Source: the human T2T-CHM13v2.0 reference genome, Homo sapiens. Taken from it: a stretch of 64,000 nt of DNA. Positions 57,691 through 64,000 of the stretch are shown here, piece after piece; the first letter of the stretch is position 1, and the number at the start of each line of letters is the position of its first letter. The stretch lies in NCBI RefSeq assembly GCF_009914755.1, contig NC_060937.1, one strand, 5' to 3'. The position numbers and the translations under genes were made by a program. A model generated the notes under the pieces. That model was not told the origin of the DNA, ran no database searches, and saw only the letters and a program-made list of their open reading frames with translations.

Positions 57691-59471
57691 AAAAACTCAA
57701 GTTGCATGCAGAAGGCTGAGGCATATGTAAGTATCTTTGTTCAAGGGCTTGACTCTGAGAATAAGATGCTGTTAATGTAAAATATTACAGAAATTCAGAA
57801 GAAAGAGCAGTGAATGTTGCTCTATTCACACACAAGGACATACCAAGATATTTCTTGTACAGAAACACTGTTTTATATTGCAAAGGAACCAGAAAAATTT
57901 GAAATCTGATTTTTGCTTCATTAAATTTGCAATCAAAGTGGGGCAACAAGACAAGTACTGTGCAATTAAGAGATGAAATTAAGAGGTTTATGGAAGTCTA
58001 GTGATAGGGAAACCATATAAAGCCACATGAACATAAGCAAAGATAACTTTCTTGAGAAGGTGAGACTAGCTCTTGATATTAAAAAAGATTGTGTTTGTAC
58101 AGAGTAGGGGAAAAACAGATGGTTTTTTAGAAGTGTGAAGTAACGGGAGGAATAGGGAGGCTGGTGTGTTAGTTAGGAAACTGTTGAAACAGAGCCCAGA
58201 TTGCATGTTAGGAAGTAGTGGGAAATAATGGGAGATCGGTAGGTTGGGCCAGATTATAATGAAGCTTTTAAAGTAACTAGGAACGAAAAGTTTGAGATTT
58301 TTCTGCTAACTGAAGCAAATGATTGATTGATGAAAGGAAAAAAACACTGTGTTGATTAAATGTTGACCATTATAATTTTCAGTGCAACAGCTGCTACTGA
58401 AATTGCAGTAATTCAAAATGAAAAATAGACACTGTTGTTCTAAAATAGCTTGGACTATTTGGAACCCTGTAGCATGAGTTTATGCTATGTAGTTTTGCTA
58501 AGAACATGATGGGGTGCAGGGTTTTCTTTTTTCATTTTATCATAATTACTTGTTCTAAGGATGGAGAATTCAAACTGAGCAACAATTTCACAGCCAGAGT
58601 TGGAGTGTGGGTTGTATAAAGTTGTCGAAGCACTTTCCAAAGGTATAAAAACTCCTCTCAACTACCTAATTACAATTTCTAACTGAAATGGTATTTAAAA
58701 CATGTAACTTGCTTACATTATTTATCTATTAAAATGCATGTATTATAAACTCATTATTTACATTGTATTATTTGCTCACAGTTTTTCTCCTGAAAACTAA
58801 GTCCTTGAGTTTGACAGTAGGTATTTCCCCTCAAGATAAATATTTTAAAAACTAACCATACTATGCAAACTACTGGGGTAGGAATAATCCATGAATATAA
58901 TTTACATCACAACTCATAGTTACTTATTTTTTATTGCCCAAGATAAACAATTTATTTCAAGGCCATCATTTTATCTTCTTTTGGATTAGTAATATCTATA
59001 ATGTCAAATAAATCAAGTTGCAGTTCAACATTACTATTCTAGGCATCCTTGTTTATTACTAGCACATCATCTCTCTGTACCTCTAATTTATTTTAGGTTA
59101 CTTTGTCATATCAAGACATTTGGACATCATCCCATAGCAGGTATTTGAAAACAGGGAGATGCCGAAAAACCCCAAGCTGTATTTTGGAAAGATAATGCTG
59201 GTAGAAGTAGGAGGATAAATTAGAGGGCAAGGGAAGAGACTTGAAGAAAAGGGGACCAGTTATAGGATAAATGGGATGAGCTGGCTGTGTGAGGAATAGT
59301 ATGAACAGATTGAGGAAGCATTTTAGAGGTTGAATGGAACTTGTTACTCTACAAGAATTAACAGGTACATAATAAAATGACCTATCAGTGTTACAGTCAC
59401 AGACACGCTTAGGTTGAAAATGGAGCTCTGGGTACTCTAAGGAGGCAATGGCAGAAGCTTTGCGGAAACAG

Positions 59472-59485
59472 GTTGCTATAGCAAC
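59472..59485. promoter_or_regulatory. Perfect palindromic X-box (RFX motif)
   Basis: GTTGCTATAGCAAC fits the RFX consensus GTTRCYATRGYAAC; lies in apparently unique DNA. Confidence 0.5.
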
Positions 59486-59719
59486 AGTAGCCTGTCAAGT
59501 GCAAATAGAGCCCATTCTCCCTGCCAGTGACCAATAGAGATTTTCAGAAGGCCAAGATGTAATTAGCACGCTAGACCAACTGGTACTTTGATATGGAAAA
59601 GTGATCATCCAACGGATACCATAAACATGTCTATGACTTTAACCAAAGCAGGACCCTACATTTTCAAATGTTTATGGTACTGAAACCAGACAATATTTAT
59701 CCAAATATAGATTCCTTAT

Positions 59720-60180
59720 CCCTTCTACTCTAGGCAAGTATAGCTCTTTAACATCTTTGTGGTTCATATTCCTCATCTATATGGCAGAATAATCACTATG
59801 ACTATAAACTTGTATGATACTTAGAAGGTGCACGGCACACATTAAGTGAAATGCAAATATTAGTCATTATTATTATCGCTGTTATCCTCATCATCACATA
59901 AGTGGGTAGCATAATGCAAGGCTTAAAAGCATGAACTCTGAAAGCAGAATGCTTGTGTTTCATTGTTGTTGTTGTTTAAAAATATAGCACTTTGTAGCTG
60001 TGTGAATTTGGGCAACTTATTGAAACTGTCTGCATTTCAGTTTCCTCACCTACAAAATGAGAAATAATACCTGCACCTACTTCACAGAGTTGTTATGTGG
60101 GTTAAATGAATTCATATTTGTAAAGTGCTTAAGGTAGTGTCTGGCACATAGTGAATAATAGAGTATTTGTTAAATAAACA
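59720..60180 (+). mobile_element. Two adjacent MIRs (second near full length)
   Basis: gctgtgtgaatttgggcaacttattga..tcagtttcctcacctacaaaatgag..gtaaagtgctta..tggcacatagt. Confidence 0.85.
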
Positions 60181-60320
60181 AGTAAATGAAAATGTTTTTG
60201 TTACATTCCTCTTAGTGGTTTTGATGCTTCCATAATAGCTACTCTTTTTTAGTAGGTTTTAAAATCTAAACTTGCTTTTATGCTTTTCCATGGCTTTCAA
60301 ATTTAAAGAAAGCAAAAAGG

Positions 60321-60635
60321 GGCCAGGCGTGGTGGCTCAGGCCTGTAATCCCAGAACTTTGGGAGGCCGAGGTGGACAGATCAAGAAGTCAGGAGTTCGA
60401 GACCAGCCTGGCCAACGTGGTGAAACCTCGTCTCTACTAAAAATACAAAAATTAGCCAGGTGTGGTGACACGTGCCTGTAATCTCAACTACTCAGGAGGC
60501 TGAGGCAGGAGAATCGCTTGAACCTGAGAGGCAGTGTTTGCAGTGAGCTGACATTGTACCAGTGCACTCCAGCCTGGGTGACAGAGCGAGACTCTGTCTC
60601 TAAAAAAGAAAGAAAGAAAGAAAGAAAAACAAAAA
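60321..60635 (+). mobile_element. AluS with (AAAG)n tail
   Basis: ggccaggcgtggtggctc...gagactctgtctc. Confidence 0.97.
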
Positions 60636-60869
60636 AGCAGAAAGTAAAGTGAAAAACACTGAACTAAAATTTATTGCATTTCTACTTCATTGCAGGCCTT
60701 CTCAGAGGCATTATATTATCTCATTTAATCCTCACAAAACCCACATGAGCTACAGATGAGAAAAGAGACTAAGAAAATGGAAACAATCCAAATACATTCC
60801 CACAGGTGGTAAATGTTAAAGCTAGAATTTAATCCACATATCATTAATTCTAACATTAATATTCTTTAA

Positions 60870-61170
<301 letters not shown>

Positions 61171-61752
61171 AATATTCTTTAAATTATTATTGCACAGTAT
61201 TTCTTACATAAGTTTAAAGTAAATAATAGTTATTCCAAATAATTATTGATTACGATAATGTGAAAAATATTTTTACTATTATTTTATTTTTATGAAACCT
61301 TATGTCTTTAACAGTTAATGTTTTTCTAAATATAGTAATATTTATTAAATTATCAACCTGCTACATCACTCCTGGGTGAGATATAGCATTCTGCTTAAAA
61401 GACAAACTAATGGTTAATTTATGGTTGATTGACTCATTAATGATGGCTTCAATGGAGAATATATTCTATCCCATGAATTTAAGAGCCCACTATAATATTT
61501 AAATATAGGTAATTTTTATTAAGACAATATCATTTCCTTTTTCAGACTACAGTACACTAATCTTTATCTTTTAAAAATCATTTCTAATATTTTAGATTTA
61601 TTGGGTTTTGAGATTATGGTAAGATTCCTTCATAACCTTCAGCAAAAATGCCTATTAAAGATGTTTTAAAAAAACTGTTGTCTACCCCTAACTTATGAAT
61701 TTATCATCTATGAAGCAAAAACGTAGACTCCACCATGAACCAAAGATGAGTT

Positions 61753-62001
61753 AGGCCAAGGTGGGTGGATCACAAGGTCAGGAGTTCAAGACCAGCCTGG
61801 CCAAAATAGTGAAACTCCATCTCTACTAAAAATACAAAAATTAGCTGGGTGTGGTGGCGGGTTCCTGTAATCCCAGCTGCTCGGGAGACTGAGGCAGAGA
61901 ATTGCTTGAATCCAGGAGGCAGAGGTTGCAGTAAGCCGAGACCATGTCACTGCACTCCAGCTTGAGTGACAGAGCGAGACCCTGTTTCAAAAAAAAAAAG
62001 A
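61753..62001 (+). mobile_element. AluS, slightly 5'-truncated
   Basis: Starts aggccaaggtgggtggatcac; ends in poly-A. Confidence 0.95.
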
Positions 62002-62685
62002 AATACACAAAACCCATCATCGCAGTTTTCATTCTTACCTAATTTACACTTCATACAAATTACTTCATGTGTTATTTTCTAGTTAATTTTCAGTTCAGCA
62101 TTTTGTTAAATTATATTGATTGCTAGCACTTCCACAAGTGCACAGAAGCAGTGATTTCTGCATCAGAGTTTAAAGGAAAACAAAAACACATTCTCAGATA
62201 GCAAAAAAGGAAAATAATTACTGCTGTTAGTCACTCCTCAAGGACCAAGGAGAAAATGGCAATGAATTTAGGTGTGGATGAAAAGGTGAAATGAGCTTCT
62301 TTTTTTGTCGCTGCTGTGGATTAGTTACAAAGCAACTTTAAATGGATTCAGACAGAACAGACGGAAATAAATCTAATAAATTGTATTGGAATTCATTGAG
62401 TGGAATGCCATAGTGTGTTTTCTCTTTACATATTCAAGTAATTCATCATGTCCATTTCCTCATTTTAGAACACCTGTCTAAGATATTTTCACCTACAAAT
62501 TCATTAATGGGTAGCTAATTTTTTCTATTCATACCATCTGTATATACCCTTAAAATTAATGTATTCATAAAATTGTTTTCAACAAGTGAGAACAACAGCA
62601 AATCTTCAAAGGCAATTAACCTTTTAAACTCATCTAAACAAGTGCATGATTTAATGTACACATGTTTATAAGTCAACTCTCATTC

Positions 62686-63001
<316 letters not shown>

Positions 63002-63419
63002 TAAGTCAACTATCATTCTGAAAAAACAGAGCATCTCCCAGTCCCCACAAAAATAGCCCACACCCCAGTTTAATATATGTGTAAGCTAGTGAATGCAGTC
63101 TTTGAAAAAATAATAGAAAAACTAATCCCTAGGAAATTCATAGGTATATTTTATGCTATGAAATGTCATCAAGCGTGTGATAGTGAAAACTTTTCTTAAA
63201 ACTGACTGCTCCATGAAATTGTTTTAGAAAACTTGGAGCAAGTCCAGCATTACTTATGCCTCATGTAGGAAAACAATAAAATGTAGCTGAAATATTCAGC
63301 ATGAAGAATGGAAGTTATGTGTCTTCAGTCATGACTGTGTAGATTTTTCTTGAAGGGAAGTATGCTTCTGGGAGGATTTAAATTTGTTGTAAGGTAAAAC
63401 ATTTTTGACAAAATGAATG

Positions 63420-63912
63420 CTGAGTGTGCAAGAGATTTTCCATTTTCCCTCTATATTCACACTCAATTTTTCTCCAACTTGCTCGGCGACCTGGGAAGGA
63501 AAACTTGAATTGCACATGCTCCCTCTGACCTCCATTGGATTTGGTCTATGGAAAGGAATAGCAGCAGATCTACATGTGGAAGGACATGTGATCAGAGTAT
63601 TTATTCCCTGGCTAACCTCTGCCAGGCTGCAGGCTGGCAATGGTGTGTCATTCTATCAAAGGCTGAATCACCTATTTGGCATCCTCCTGCTATGACCACA
63701 GCTACTTCTAAAGCAATGGCAGCATTTCTTTCCAGATTCTAATATCCATTCCTCTTCAGATCTAAGATGGAAAGGGCTTCCTGCTATTGCTAGTCCTTCA
63801 GTGTGCCATCCCTTGCTGGTTTCCTTAGCCAAGCTCATGCCTTTGTAAATGGTTTCTTTATTAAACTATCCTTAATTACCCCCCTTTAAGTGTGCTATCT
63901 TCCTTGCTGACA
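63420..63912 (+). mobile_element. ERVL solo LTR (LTR33-like)
   Basis: 3' ctttgtaaatggtttctttattaaactatccttaattaccccctttaagtgtgctatct resembles recalled LTR33 end. Confidence 0.65.
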
Positions 63913-64000
63913 AATACCTTCAGCAAATCAATTAATTCCAAGTATTAACTTCTAAGCCTCTTCCTCGAGCCATTAGAGAAATTAAAATGTCTTTAAAGCA

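Overview
AT-rich, CpG-depleted primate (human-like) intergenic or intronic DNA, dominated by interspersed repeats: about 16 Alu pieces, old L1M and L1PA, L2, MIR, MaLR/ERVL/ERV1 solo LTRs and hAT DNA transposons. No protein-coding gene, RNA gene, CpG island or prokaryote-type system is supported. The listed ORFs are chance or repeat-derived. Repeat family names come from recalled consensus motifs and their boundaries are approximate. The most notable structure is a fossil ~1.64 kb inversion (19200-20841) with a ~390 bp, ~92% identical inverted duplication of an MLT1 core. Also present are a templated insertion at 4560-4812 (50 bp inverted arms around a copy of sequence 3.3 kb upstream), two micro forward/inverted/forward scars, a perfect 75 bp tandem duplication, a perfect RFX X-box palindrome and a well-formed minus-strand candidate exon. 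I see no evidence for a new multi-gene system.
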